A stretch of 59,883 nt of DNA from Malacoraja senta (taxonomy: Eukaryota): NCBI GenBank assembly GCA_038087875.1, contig CM075998.1:1552001-1611883 (forward strand), in the 5' to 3' direction. The notes under the pieces are model-generated. The model had not been told where the DNA came from and did no database searches. It saw only the letters and a list, made by a program, of their open reading frames with translations. The stretch's first letter is position 1. The number at the start of each line of letters is the position of its first letter. This document shows positions 12,468 to 25,011 of this stretch, in pieces. Both the position numbers and the translations under genes were made by a program.

Positions 12468-14574
12468 CAATGTTGCCAGCCTTTAGAAATTAGTATTTAA
12501 AAATACATAATTTAGTATTTAAAAATTAATCTTTAAATGTTCAAAACATACCTTTTAATTTCAGTTGGGAAAGATCATTGCCTGCAATGCCCAAGAGAAG
12601 GAGTGGGCATATGGTTACAAATGTACCATTGAGGTAAAAGAGATAATTTAAGGAAAAACATACACCTCTCACCACCCACGAATTATGGGCCAACTAAGTA
12701 TAGGCAACTATCATTCCTCCCTGGAAAATGTACACTTTTCAACGTACGGCTAATAATTTGATGAGACAAGAAAGGGTATAATGGGAAACCAAGGAGTAGC
12801 AGATCAGGAAGAGGGTGGAAGAGCAATAGGCCAGCTGCAATTTAGGACTGTGACTCACTTCTTTCACAGGAAAGAGTTACGTTGGCTGAAAGGGAATCAC
12901 ATGTTTCCATATCTTATTGGTTGCTTAGAAAGGAAAATAAATCCCGTTCCCCTCTCCAAAAGCTCATGCAACCAACTGGAAAGCTTGAATGCGGATGGGG
13001 AGAGAAAAAAAGTGGGGATTTTGTCATTGCATAGAGTTGATGCTTTAATGGGAATTTGCTTAATACTTATAATACAGACATTATGATACAAACTAGCCAG
13101 ATTACTCATACTCATTCTTTCCCATTAACAGTCATGCAGACATCACATGCCAGATGTTGCATTTTATAACAAAAGTACAAAACTGTGCAATGTCTCCAGA
13201 ATAATTACACTTCAATTGAAGAGCCCGGGTTTACTTAACAATGAGACATGGCCCAAAAACAACATTGCTCAATCCTAGTTAGCAGCACGATACCACATTA
13301 GATTAATTGTACGACATCCATATTCTTTAAAAATAAATCTGCACTGAATCCCAGTCACTGCTGATCCAGACCACGAGTCAATCAGCTGTCAGAATTGGAG
13401 GTGACCAAGAGCAATTAGCCTTCAATTGATAAAGGCATCCAAAGTTTGAACCCATTCTCAAAGTTGGCAGCAGAGAATCAAGCTCATTTGCAACTTATTG
13501 CATGTTTGTCCTGATGCTTCAGACCCAGATATCACATGGGCAATACCACAAGCGATCCATTATTATGTGTCACTCAATAAAAGCAATCATTTGAAGTTGG
13601 TCCCATTTACAGCTGATTTCATTAGCATCAACATGTAGACCCTTACAATTGTTGAAGAAAAATCTTAGAATTATAGAAATTTCAGTCAGAATCAGGCGTC
13701 TCAGTCTATTGGGCCAATGCCTTTGTTCATCCCCTGTGAGAGATTTTCACTCTGGCCTTTATTTTCCTTTATGACTCAAATTAATGGAAAACTGTCACTC
13801 AAATTCTAATCACATTCAGGAGCTTGGACCAAAGCTTTTAAGTTGCTCTTGCAGTGATGCAATCAACAAATGAAAACAATTGAATTTTAAATCTGGAATA
13901 CCTTCCAGAATATTCACTAATTTAAACTACAATTATACATCAGAATTCCTCCTTTGCGAAAGTAAGGAGAAGCGCCAGCTTTTATCGTGTCAATCTGAGA
14001 GCAGGCATGACTTCAATATAGCAACAACAAAAAAACAAGCACAGACTGATGATGCTGCCAGAAAACAGTGTCATATAAACAGTTCGATAATGATGCACAT
14101 ATGAGGCAACATTTAGCAATGCAGCCTCACAAGAAAGTGCAGCATAGCCATTTCCGTAGCAGGAGGAGACAGGATGGAGCTGAATTGAAGTGTTTAGTGT
14201 GTAATGCATATGAAGTATCGGTTACAAATTCAGTTTTTCTCTCTCATACAATTCCCCTAAAACAAAAATGGTAAGTTGATTGGGTGCAGGCAAAAGCTAG
14301 TTAGTAAGATGTAATAGTAATTAATTTGCAGAACAGAATGAGCAGCAAGGCAAGCTGCCCATAAAATATGACTTGTTTTTCTAGCCTTCAAATTCCTTTT
14401 ACTCTAATCCTGTTACAGTCAATTTGGATGTTTTTATTGAATGTAGTTCTCTTAAAGGGGCACAGCCTTTATGTAGAAAATATTGGGCAAGTCTTCAGCC
14501 TGGGCCTGCATAGTCTTTCACAAAAGTGGGGCAACACCCAATTAAAACAAATGAGTTTTCATAAAGATTGTAAA

Positions 14575-14995
14575 CACCCCTCCTTCATAAACGTATTCAA
14601 AACTCTGCTGCCTTTGTCCTCATTCTTAAGTAGCCCTATTCATCCACCGTTTGCACTCATCTTTATCTCTTAGTTCAGCAACAGTTTTAAAATCCACCGT
14701 CTAGTTTTCAAATTCCTCCATCACTCCAAAATAGCTGAACACCAACTCTTGGCCATTTCCTTCATCCTACTTTTAACACCAATGTCTACATCTATTTACA
14801 TTGTAAATACTGTCATTCCCTCTAGAACTATCCACCATACTTGTCTTCCGCAAAGATGCCCGTGAAAATCTACCTTTTAGGACTAGCATACCTCTCCTAT
14901 TATCTTCTTTGCCTGCATCATCATTTTTAATATGATAACATTCCTGTGAAGTGCCTTTAATTGTCTTGTAACATCAAAAGTGCAACATAAATGGA
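14575..14995 (+). mobile_element. Old L2-like LINE 3' fragment
   Basis: IQNSAA-like motif, L2-type spacing to TTTTAAAAT..TTTTCAAA, and 3' end CCTGTGAAGTGCC...TGCAACATAAATG. Confidence 0.5.
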
Positions 14996-15208
14996 AAATA
15001 TTTAAAGTTAATTAACCCCCATACCCTTTTGATGTTGAAGGGGGGAAATTATATTGTAAAGGGAAGAGAGCCAATATGCAAAAAAGACTGGACATGCCCA
15101 TCCAAATCAGCCCCCGATGATTTAGGCAGATACTACCAATAATAATGAATATAGAAATCAGAATCATTCCCAATCTAGTTCTCTGTGGAATAGAAAGAGT
15201 CCAGGGAG

Positions 15209-15847
15209 TTGATATTTTTGAAATAATTTCTGAAGTTGTTAATACTAAATTGGATCCAGACTCAAAATTAATAATACTTGGGATATCAGAACCAAGTTTA
15301 ATACTCACAACAAGCCAAAGAAACTTCCTTGACTACAGTATAACTGGAAAAAAATTAATATTAAAATTTTGGAAAGGTCCTATAACCCCCACAATTAAAA
15401 TGTGGATTGTGGAAATGTCGGAGACCCTACATCTAGAAAGAATTAGACTTGTCTTAATGGACAAACAAGAACTTTTTGTTAAAATATGGGCTCCATTCAT
15501 TAACTATTTGAAGGGATAGATGGGCCCAGCACAAAAACCCAACTGAAGCTTGAACTCAGGTTTAGATGTAAAATTATATTTCATAACCTACGAACTTATC
15601 TCCAATGACGTATTATAAGTAACTCATTCCACCTCTTTTTTTCCCCGATACTTGTAATGCTTTTTTCTTTCTACCTCTCTTTTTCTATCTATATAAAAAA
15701 AAACACTAGAAGCAGAATTAATCGACAATTGACAATTTTAATAATGTATGATTGATGTATATGAAAAGTTTTTTTTTCTATTATAATATGTTACTATACT
15801 TTATAATATGTTTGCTTCTAATAAAAATATTAATCAAAAAAAAAGAG
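15209..15847 (+). mobile_element. 5'-truncated L1 LINE (ORF2 C-terminus, 3' UTR, AATAAA, poly-A)
   Basis: GKKLILKFWK..TPTIKMW...LERI...F.KIWAPFI motif; AATAAA then A-tail; TSD AGAGTCCAGGGAG (15196-15208, 15848-15860). Confidence 0.85.
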
Positions 15848-17204
15848 AGAGTCCAGGGAGAAAATCCTCTGGGATTGATACCCGCTGTTTACTTTGTTTG
15901 AACAGGGACCCTTAAACTGCCAGTATGATGGAGTTGCAGTCATGCTGATGGACTGATAACTTTGCAGCTCTGCAATCCTAGGAAGTTGCAAAACTGAACA
16001 AGTTAAAGATGGTAATTTCTGGGCTGTCTAAATAATGAGCTGCTGGACAACCAAATCCCAACTAATTAGCACCTGGTCCACCAGGCTTTTTCACCATTGT
16101 AGATTCATACTACTTATGACACTTAACATCCATAGACTGATGCTACTGAGAGCTTCCTGCTGTTTCAACAGGTGGATGATGCTAGCTGTACAGAGAGGCC
16201 AAAGTCCTGTAAAAGCATCTTTTGCCATCACAGATGTACAAGACAATCATATTATTCCTTGCTGAGTTGCAGATTAATATTAATATTGAGAGTCATTGCT
16301 TAAGGAAGAAATGAGCAAATTTCTACATATTCAGCAGAATATTGAGTATATGGCTGTTTTCATGCTGAAAATAGCTGCTGCTGTTTAATCAAAACACATT
16401 AAAATCAAGACTTTTAAACCAGAACAGTGAAAATGTTATTTGCTGCACCTTTGCACGCAACGACAAAACCCCCCACAAATAATCGGTTATTCTAAGAAAA
16501 CTAGACCATGATAGTGCAAAAACAAATGTCTGTAGTGGTTCAGGGCTGAGGTAGGGTTGTGGTTAGGATTGAACAGGGTGGTTCAAAAACCTGATGATAG
16601 GATGCTCTGTGATACATTATTTACTCTTTAACTGAGTATAGCCAGCCATTACACTCTTTCCCCCTCCCCATCCTACCTTGTGGGCTCTATATTCCCCCTC
16701 TCATTCAGCATCTTGCTCATGATCCCAAGTATACCACTACTGATGGCATTTAATATCTTTTGATTCCCGCACCAACGTCTCAATCACTATAACTAAAAAA
16801 AACAGATATTCAATTAAAGGTAATGCCCGCCTTAGTCATAAGATAATCAAAGAACCAAGCTTGCTACTTATTAACATTAATTAAATATTTAATAAGGAAA
16901 TTACATGATGCTGAATCATTTTAAATTAATTTGTTAATCAGTTCTGTACCTTTGTGAATAGATGCTAGAATATGCAAAGTCAAAGACCAAGCTGTTTTGC
17001 TTTCTCAATAAAGAGACTGGCTATCTACCTCATGTCCACGAGTACCTTCTTTTTGCCCCCCCCCCCCCCCACAGACTTTGGTTAAAAGTCTTCTTCTCTT
17101 CCCTGAAGGTACTGGAACAGGGTCATAGGTACTGCAGCATGGATTGAGAGTGATAATGTGCTATTCTGCAGTGAACATCAAAACCACAGTACATTTGGTC
17201 TGCT

Positions 17205-17605
17205 CTGGGTGTCCCTGAACTCTCTTCTCCAGCAAGAGTTAACAGACACAAAAAGCTGGTGTAATTCAGCCAGACGGAGAAAAGGAATAGGTGATGTTTC
17301 GGGTTGAGACCCTTCTTCAGATGAAGAGTCAGGGGAAAGGGAAACAAGAGATATAGATGGTGATGTAGAGAGATGTAGAACAAGTGAATGCAATATATGC
17401 AAAAAAGAAACAATGATAAAGGAAACAGGCCATTGTAAGCTGTGGCCCAAGTGAAAACGAGTATAGGCAATGAGACTCAACAAGACGACTTTGAAGCTGC
17501 TACGACTTGGGTGGGGGAGGGGTGGAGAGTGGGGGGGATGCAAGGCTTAGTTAAAGTTAGAGAAATCAATATGCATACCATTGGGTTGTAAGCTGCCCAA
17601 GCAAA
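17205..17605 (-). mobile_element. Penelope-like element 3' fragment: GIY-YIG C-terminus, pyrimidine-rich UTR, terminal repeat with hammerhead motif
   Basis: Minus strand FCLGSLQPNGMHIDFSNFN* (LxxLxPxGxN-type PLE end), then CTGAAGA-AGGGTCTCAACCC-GAAACATC. Confidence 0.8.
17290..17320 (-). ncRNA. Minimal hammerhead ribozyme motif (PLE-associated)
   Basis: CUGAAGA core, extra A, stem II GGGU-CUCA-ACCC, GAAA, CAUC (family form CGUC); stem I weak. Confidence 0.55.
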
Positions 17606-17611
17606 ATAATA

Positions 17612-17780
17612 GAACATCACAATAACAGACCATTCATGTCATGATGCCAAGGCCATCTCTTATCTGCCTGCATGTGATCCATACCCATATGCCTATCCAA
17701 AAGTCTCTGAAATGCTACTATCATAATTAGCTCAATCACCACTCCTGGCAGTGCATTCCAGGCACTCACTACCTTCTGAG
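17612..17780 (-). mobile_element. Decayed CR1 3' fragment
   Basis: QKVVSAWNALPGVV...FQRLLDRHM in ORF 17617-17928. Confidence 0.7.
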
Positions 17781-19629
17781 CTGTGCTTGGGTCAACATGA
17801 CTGCACAGACTAAATTTATGTTCTGGCAAGCAATTCACAATGTCTGGACTTAAACAAGCCCACTGAGCACCAACATTTTGGTTGCATTTGTCCTGCAAGT
17901 ATCTCAGTTTCTCTCGGGAGCACAGCACAATTCAACAAAAAACTCAGGGCTATCATGTGAACTTATTTAATCAGTGCTGATCGAGGAGGTTCCATGACAG
18001 TTAAAAAAAAAGTGCTGGAGGAACATAGCGAGTCAGGCAGCATCCATGGAGGGAAGTGGACAATGTTTTGGGTTAGGACTCCTGTGGAGGAGAGGATAAC
18101 CTGAAGAGGATGCAGAGTGATGCATTGGAATGTGATAGGGGAAGAGAAACTTCAGTTGTGAGGAAATGACTCGAGAAGTGGGGATTATAATATTCCTATC
18201 AATGGAGGTTGAAGGAGAATAATAAATGTGTTCAATATTTGAAGTTGCGAGATAAAATAGATATGGAAAACAGTTGATTCAGTTGACCCAAGATAGATTT
18301 AAAAGGAGAGGTTTGCTGTTCTGGAAAGTACCTCAACGGACATTGGAAGTAGACGTGATAGTAACTTTCAAAAGAGGAATTTGATGTGGATGTAATTTTT
18401 AAATATTTGCTGGGTTACCAAGAAAGTGCACATTAGTGGTACAAATTGATTAGTTCTATCTATCTACCCAAGACCTAAGGGCACAATTGCAGAATGACCT
18501 CAGAGAAAAAAGAGATGAATTCTGGGCACACTGGATTCATTAATGTTTTGAGTATGAGTCAGTTGAATGTAGTTTCCTCAAAACCCCCTTTAGCAGACCA
18601 GTTTCCCAAAACCACAGCAGTTGCCAAGGCTCAAATTGCATTATCAAATTTCTGGAGCCGTTTGCATGCTGCTCTCTGGGTAGCAGACAGTTTTATTTAT
18701 ATCTGAAAGCATGTGGTTTGGGTCCATGGAGAGATGTAGCACAGTAAAAGAATAACTAGACATTATCTAATGCTCTTGCTCGTATCGACTCCACAATGAA
18801 TATCCAGTCATTATAATCCAAGCCAAATTTGGAGAGGCTGCACTTTGGAGAAATATTAATCATGACAATACATGGTGTCCAATGCCCACAAATTCAGTAC
18901 TTTTTCCAATAAGAACAAACTCTTGATTTGGCCTCACAGATACTACTTTCACCTCATTTCCCCCAAAGTTACTATTTTCCAAACCTTGCTCTCCTCTTCA
19001 GATTTCTGCAGAGTTCCTACCTGCGTTGAGTGAATAGCATCCAGTCCTCTCCCAATGTTAGAATAAGACTGAAAATGGTTTCATAGTTGTATGGTATTCC
19101 TCTTCAACCGTAAGCAAATCCTAGACCTCAGCTCAAACATTCTTGTAGCCTGCAGCAGAACAAAATCTCGTCCTTCATTACATAACCAGCACAGTAGCGC
19201 AACATACTTAAAAAATATTACCATATATTGGTTACTCATTATTACAGGATTCACTGTAATACATCCAGCTGGGAATTCAGCCAAGTAAACATGCAGGAAT
19301 GACTTCAAGAAACTCCACTACCATACTACAGAGAGGATTAGTTGCATAGTGGCCTGTATATTCATTTTATATCATAGGATTGAGAGATTCAAGCATCTTT
19401 CTATAGAAAATCTCTAAATTACCATGGAGGGAGGAAAGGCGTGCACTAATCCCACCCAGCAACATAGTTTCTTGGGACCAAGCAATTCCATGTTATGGAT
19501 TTAGAAATATTTGAAGATCTACACAGGAAGGTTTAGAGAAATTATTTCATACAGCTGTTGGATTTTGAGACCCTCCACTTTAAAAGCTGGTGCAAATTAA
19601 TTCCATGAATACCTTTAAAAAGGAATCAA

Positions 19630-20125
19630 CAAGCAGCCCACTTCATAAATACTCATCAGCCATCCTAAACATCAGCTTCCTCTATCACTGGATGCAGTAT
19701 GTACCATCTCCAACATGCACTGCATTTACTCATTTTGGTGACTCCAACAGCACCTTCTAAACCCATCACCTCAACCATAAGGACTTTAAGTACATGGGAA
19801 CTCGACTCAAAACATCACCCATTCCTTTTCTCCAGAGACGCTGCCTGTCCCACTGAATTACTCCAGCAGTTTGTGCCTATCTTCAGTTTAAACCAGCATC
19901 TGCAGTTCCTTCCTGCAGGTTCACCTCCAAGTCACATGCTATCAGGACTTGGAAATGTACGACTCCATCATTGTTGGGTCCAAACCTTGGAACTCCCTCT
20001 CCAGTTGCACTGTAAGGGTACCTTCACCAATAGGACCATAATGGTTTAAGAATGCAGCTCATCACCATCTTTAAGGACAATTAGGGGTGGAAAATAAACA
20101 GGTACTGCTAGTAATGCCTGGGTGC
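19630..20125 (+). mobile_element. Old CR1/L2-group LINE 3' fragment interrupted by a PLE-derived repeat (about 19801-19915)
   Basis: WNSL-like TGGAACTCCCT and 3' end GCAGCTCATCACCATC...AATAAA; nested AAACATCACCCATTCCTTTTCTCCAGAG...TGCAGTTCCT. Confidence 0.5.
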
Positions 20126-20129
20126 CAAA

Positions 20130-20422
20130 AGGTGGGATAGTCTAGGACTAGACGTTCTTTTAGGAAGGAGATAAAGAGAATTTTCTTTAGTCAGAGGGTG
20201 GTGAATCGGTGGAATTATTTGCCACAGAAGGCTGTGGAGGCCAAGTCAGTGGATATTTTTAAGTCAGAGATGGATAGATTCTTGATTGGTACAGGTGTCA
20301 GAGGTTATGGAGAGAAGGCAGGAGAATGGGGTTTGGAGAGAAAGATAGATCAGCCACGATTGAATGGCAGGGTATACTTGATGGGCCGAATGGCCTAATT
20401 CTACTCCTATCACTCATGACCT
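20130..20422 (+). mobile_element. CR1 LINE 3' fragment
   Basis: RVVNRWNYLPQKAVEA...RGYGEKAGEW and 3' UTR ATGGGCCGAATGGCCTAATTCT. Confidence 0.85.
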
Positions 20423-21189
20423 AAAACCTGAACAAAACAATTGGCCAGATTCTGAATATATTAAAAATCTGGCACCCAAATGTTTTGGGGACCACATTAC
20501 CACAGACTTCTTGCAGAGTGTGAAGATGAAGGCTGGAGTAACTCTGGTAAAATATCTGTCTCAAGATTGATTTGTGGACTTGAGTACTCCACAAGTCTGG
20601 AAGGAAATAACTGGCTTAATTTAGCTGGATGAGAAGGCTTAGATTTCAACAATCCTGATTAAGGAATTTGTAGCATGTTCATTTTTAAATACCATTCTGA
20701 TTATCTATTTTTTGTTCCCTCGGAGACAGGCAGTATTTTGCAGACAAGAAGATAACCACACCTCCTCCCCCACTCTGTAATAGGCACTAGGGCGAGTGTA
20801 GTGGCAAAGCAGCTGTCTATTCTCATTCAATCTAATTTTAAAAAAATACAAGTGCGGGGGTGTATTGCTACATTAGGATCCCAGTAAATGAAACCATTAC
20901 ATTTATTAAGCATAAAAGCTAGGAATGAACAAATTTGATTGTAGTTTCCCTCTCATGAAGGGACAGACTTTTGTTGGGTAGTCAAGTAGTTTGCTCAAAT
21001 AGCCAGTTATAATCTATTTTATTACATGAGCGTTGATGAGGAAAGGCCACGGGTGGCTAAATCCAGTCTTATTTTCATGCAACATTTGCAGCAGAGCTTG
21101 TTGTACAACAGCAATTTGCCCTGGGCCTGATTCTAGAATCCTGTGGGTACAAGAAAAGGATAGAAAATTAAATGTCAGTGAGCCTGACA

Positions 21190-21805
21190 TTGATGATAGA
21201 CTGACTAGTGGGGCACGACAGGGATCAATGGTTGTGCCTCATCTGTTCACAATCTATATCCAGTTGACGGAGGGGATGAAATGTTACATTTCCAATTTTG
21301 CTAACCATACCCAACTATGTAGGATTGAGAGTATGCAGAAGGATGTAGAGGCCCAAGGTGATATAGACAAGCAGAGTCAGTGGATGAGAACATGGCAGAT
21401 GGAACAGTGTGCAAAAATGAGATTATCCACTTTGGTGCACATTACAGAAAAACAGTATTTGTTAAATGAGAGATTAGATAATAATGATCAAAGGGATCCA
21501 AGGCGTGCTTGTATACAATGTCGTAAGCCCAAGTGATTAAGAGGGCAAATGGTAGGTTAGCCTTTCTAACCAGAAGATTTGACAACAGTAGAGGAATCTT
21601 GTTGCATTTGTAAGGGGTTTTGAGACCGCACCTGGTGTAATATGGACAGTTTTGGTCTCCTTAAACAAAAAGGATGTACTTGACACAGAGGGTGGCAGAT
21701 TTGCCACAAGAGGCGAGATTGAGTAGACTGGTTCTGTATCCTCTGGAGTTCAGAAAAATGAGGATATCTCACTGAAACTGGCAAAATTCTGATAGGACTC
21801 AAGAT
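21190..21805 (+). mobile_element. Decayed CR1 RT fragment
   Basis: LTSGARQGS..PHLFTIYI, ISNFANHT, WQME motifs in ORF 21033-21536. Confidence 0.75.
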
Positions 21806-21994
21806 GCTGCATAGCTACATCTACCCATCATCTCTCTCTTCCCCCATCTTGTTCCATCTAGTCTTCTTTTCACCTCTCCCTTTCATTTCTATATGCCAGC
21901 TAACTTCCCTCTACACTGATAATTCTGATGCACGATCTTGACCCAGACTGTCAACCATCCTTTTGCCTCTACAGATGCTGCTTGATTTACTTGA

Positions 21995-22649
21995 TAAAAG
22001 TCTCTTCCTTCGGGGGAATGCAACTTTTTCTTGCCGTATCCCCCTTCTCTGCCTCCGTCTGCGCTGAGGCCAAAATGGCGGAGCTGCCGGCCTCCAACTC
22101 CAACTGCGACCGATCGACCTCGAGGCTCCGGAGGCAGAGCCAGGACTTACCAGCGCGAGGCTGGCCAACTTCGGGGCTGCAGTGGCGTTCCGGAGGCTCG
22201 GCCGCGGGCCCAGTGGACATCGTCGGGAGCTCGCAGGTCACAGGTGGGTGACCTGTTTTTCTGGGGCTCCCGCAACTACAGCTGCGTCCGCTGGACTGGA
22301 GGGCGGCAGCTTCGGCCACCCGGGGCCGCGTAGTTTGAACCAGCCCGTCGTGGACGGAGCACGGATTCAGCCACGGGACTGACTTACTTACCATCACCCG
22401 GCGTGGTCACAACATCAGAAGCCTGGATCGCCTCAGCGCAGAGGGAGAATAAAGAGGGAAGAGACAGAGACTTTAAGACTTTTGCCTCCATCACAGTGAG
22501 GAGGTGCCTGGTGAACTCACTGTGGTAGATGTTAATTTGTGTTTATTGTGTGTTTTGTTATTTATTATTATATGTATGACTGCAGGCAACGAAATTTCGT
22601 TCAGACCGAAAGGTCTGAATGACAATAAAGGAATCTAAGTCTAAGTCTA
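21995..22649 (+). mobile_element. GC-rich non-autonomous retroelement with Rex1/Babar-like 3' end
   Basis: CpG-rich body; ends AATTTCGTTCAGACCGAAAGGTCTGAATGACAATAAAGG + (TCTAAG)n; splits an older PLE-type repeat. Confidence 0.6.
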
Positions 22650-23315
22650 TTCCAACAGTCTTATTGTTTTTCTCCAGATTCTAGCATCTGCAATCTATTG
22701 TGTTTCTTTTCAATCTTAGTTAATTGCCCAAGGACAACATTGTGTGCTTAATGACAACTCCCAGTGATTGAAGAGCTGACAATGAGGCTGGGAGTTGTTG
22801 AGAATAAATTCAGAGTATCACATAAGACATGAATCATATATAAAACACTGCCTTCCTCCCTTTCTCTCCTCTGAAAGTTTATTGGCACCAGTTCATTGAA
22901 TGAGTCACAGCAACTAATGGAAAAACATGTGGAAGTGCAAAGCTGGCATGAAGTTATGAAAAAGTTGTTTTTCCAAAACTTGAGAAATATGTAGAAAATA
23001 AAAACAAGTGATTTTTCAGGCACAATAGGAAAAATTTGAAAGAGGGATCAGGACACCACGTGCTTTCATCTTTAGGGATAACCAATTTCTAACCTGGGAT
23101 TAGCTGACCAGGGCTGACCCCAAAGAAAAAAACAGGACATTACAAAAACCGATCACAGGCATGGAACGCGTTTAAAGCTCTAAAACTTAAAGTTCAGGGA
23201 GCAATTGCCACCATTTTCCTCACCAACTATATCCACCACTTTTACCCAAAAGACACACTCCTCATTCCCTCTCCAAGTGGCTATTCTTTCTGCACAGGCC
23301 CAAGTTCAGTTATTA

Positions 23316-24013
23316 AAGGGCCTGTCCCACTTACGTGTCCTTGGCACGCAAATTATGTGACCTCATGGTCGCGTTGAGCCACGACGGTCCCGCGAAGGTC
23401 GGGCGCGATTTCATGCGCACGCAACAGCCGTCTGGAGCGCGTGACGTCATTTGAAGATGGACACAAAGCTGGAGTAACTCAGCGGGACCGGCAGCATCTC
23501 TGGAGAGAAGCAATGGGTGACGTTTCGTGTCGAGACGCTTCTTCAGTCTGAAAAGAAGGGTCTTGACCCGAAACGTCACCCATTCCTTCTCTCCAGAGAT
23601 GCTGCCGGTCCCACTGAGTTACTCCTGCATTTTGTGTCCATCTTCAATTTTCTTGGCCCCGCTCTGGGAGTAGGGGTGGGGGCGGAACCGGACCGCAATG
23701 GCCGTGAGCCCCAGGCCGAGCTCAGCGATCGTTTGCCTGCTTCTGCTGCTGTTGGAGGTGAGACGTTGCGTCGCGCCAGGGTCCTGGGCCTGTCCCACTT
23801 TAGCCGTCAGTTCCACGACAGGCCGTTGGCACGCAAAGATTTTGTTCACTACAAATATTTTGGAACGCCGCGCGATGTCGCGCACAACTACATATCCCTC
23901 CGCACTTCTAAGTGGGACCGGCCCCGCGCGGCCATACGATGCCCATGCGCCTCAACGCGACCACGTGGTCGCGTAATTTGTGTGCCAAGGACACGTAAGT
24001 GGGACAGGCCGTT
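23316..24013. mobile_element. PIF/Harbinger-like MITE with ~60-bp imperfect TIRs
   Basis: AAGGGCCTGTCCCACTTACGTGTCCTTGGCAC... / ...GTGCCAAGGACACGTAAGTGGGACAGGCCGTT; left flank TTA. Confidence 0.85.
23451..23647. repeat. ~197-bp palindrome of two head-to-head PLE terminal repeats, each with a hammerhead motif
   Basis: TTGAAGATGGACACAAA...CTTCTTCAG-T-CTGAAAAGAAG...TTTGTGTCCATCTTCAA; centre at 23547. Confidence 0.9.
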
Positions 24014-24726
24014 CAGTCACCGAGATCTATTCTTTCCAGACACACACTTTCTAGCATTTACTGGTCATTTCTTCCTCCTGCCACCCCCTCCCCTTGTTCC
24101 CAAATCCCAAAAACAAGGCCAATTATAGCAATTCAAAATGTCCTGGCTAGGATCAGCTCGGTCCGTGGAGATGAGGAAACAAATTGGGAGTTTCTAGTCT
24201 GTTGACCTCAACTCCTATTTACCCCTTCCAATTTCAGCAGTTGAGCACACAACTTGCACTCATTTGTGAGGCTGCCTAATTTAATGAATACACAAGTATT
24301 TAAAGATGAAATCATACAAAAGTGAGCCAAGTCTTCTTAATTGGTTTATGTTTCCATATTGTTATCCTCCATTTAAAAATTGTGGCGATTCAAAAGCCTG
24401 CTATATTATACTTTAGATAATTATAACCCTAATGAATCAGAGACATCGTGGGCTCAGACAGTCTGTTGATATCCCAATACCCACATTCCAATCCCACAGA
24501 TCGTTGGGATCAAATTCCACACCTTTAGTCCCTGTATTGTGCATACAGTGCTTAACCCCCCCCCCCCCTTTGTAAAAATATCAGTTGTTTATTTCTAACC
24601 TGAGGTTGATGACAGAGTTAGATGCTCAAACTGAAAACTAGTGACACAGAAGCTAATATTAGAATCAGAACTTCTGCAATCTTCTCAGACACGGAATACT
24701 GATCAGAAGAAACTGATTGGTTCATT

Positions 24727-25011
24727 GGCGGTCACGGTGGCACAGCGGTAGAGTTGCTGCCTTACAGCGAATGCAGCGCTGGAGACCCAGGTTCGATCCC
24801 GAGTACAGGTGCTCTCTGTACAGAGTTTGTATGTTCTCCCTGTGACCTGCGTGGGTTTACTCCGGGATCTTCGGTTTCCTCCCACACTCCAAAGACTTAC
24901 AGGTTATTAGGTTAATTGGCTTGGTAAATGTAAAAATTGTAGGATAGTCGCTGGTCAGCGCGGACCTGGTTGGCTGAAGGGCATGTTTCCGCACTGTATC
25001 TCTAAACTAAA
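24727..25011 (+). mobile_element. HE1-like tRNA-derived V-SINE, full length
   Basis: A box TGGCACAGCGG, B box GGTTCGATCC, V-core GAGTTTGTATGTTCTCCC...TTCCTCCCACACTCCAAAGAC, CR1-type tail (CTAAA)n. Confidence 0.9.

Noticed and set aside
14095..14141. Hairpin TGAGGC...GCCTCA as a miRNA precursor
   Set aside because: Stem is too short and interrupted; no recognisable miRNA.
21911..22397. Stacked ORFs on both strands (also 28608-29119 and 41008-41499)
   Set aside because: Stop-poor GC-rich repeat sequence with no domain signal.
23517..24128. 203-aa ORF and overlapping ORFs
   Set aside because: Lies inside a GC-rich MITE and palindrome; no recognisable domain.
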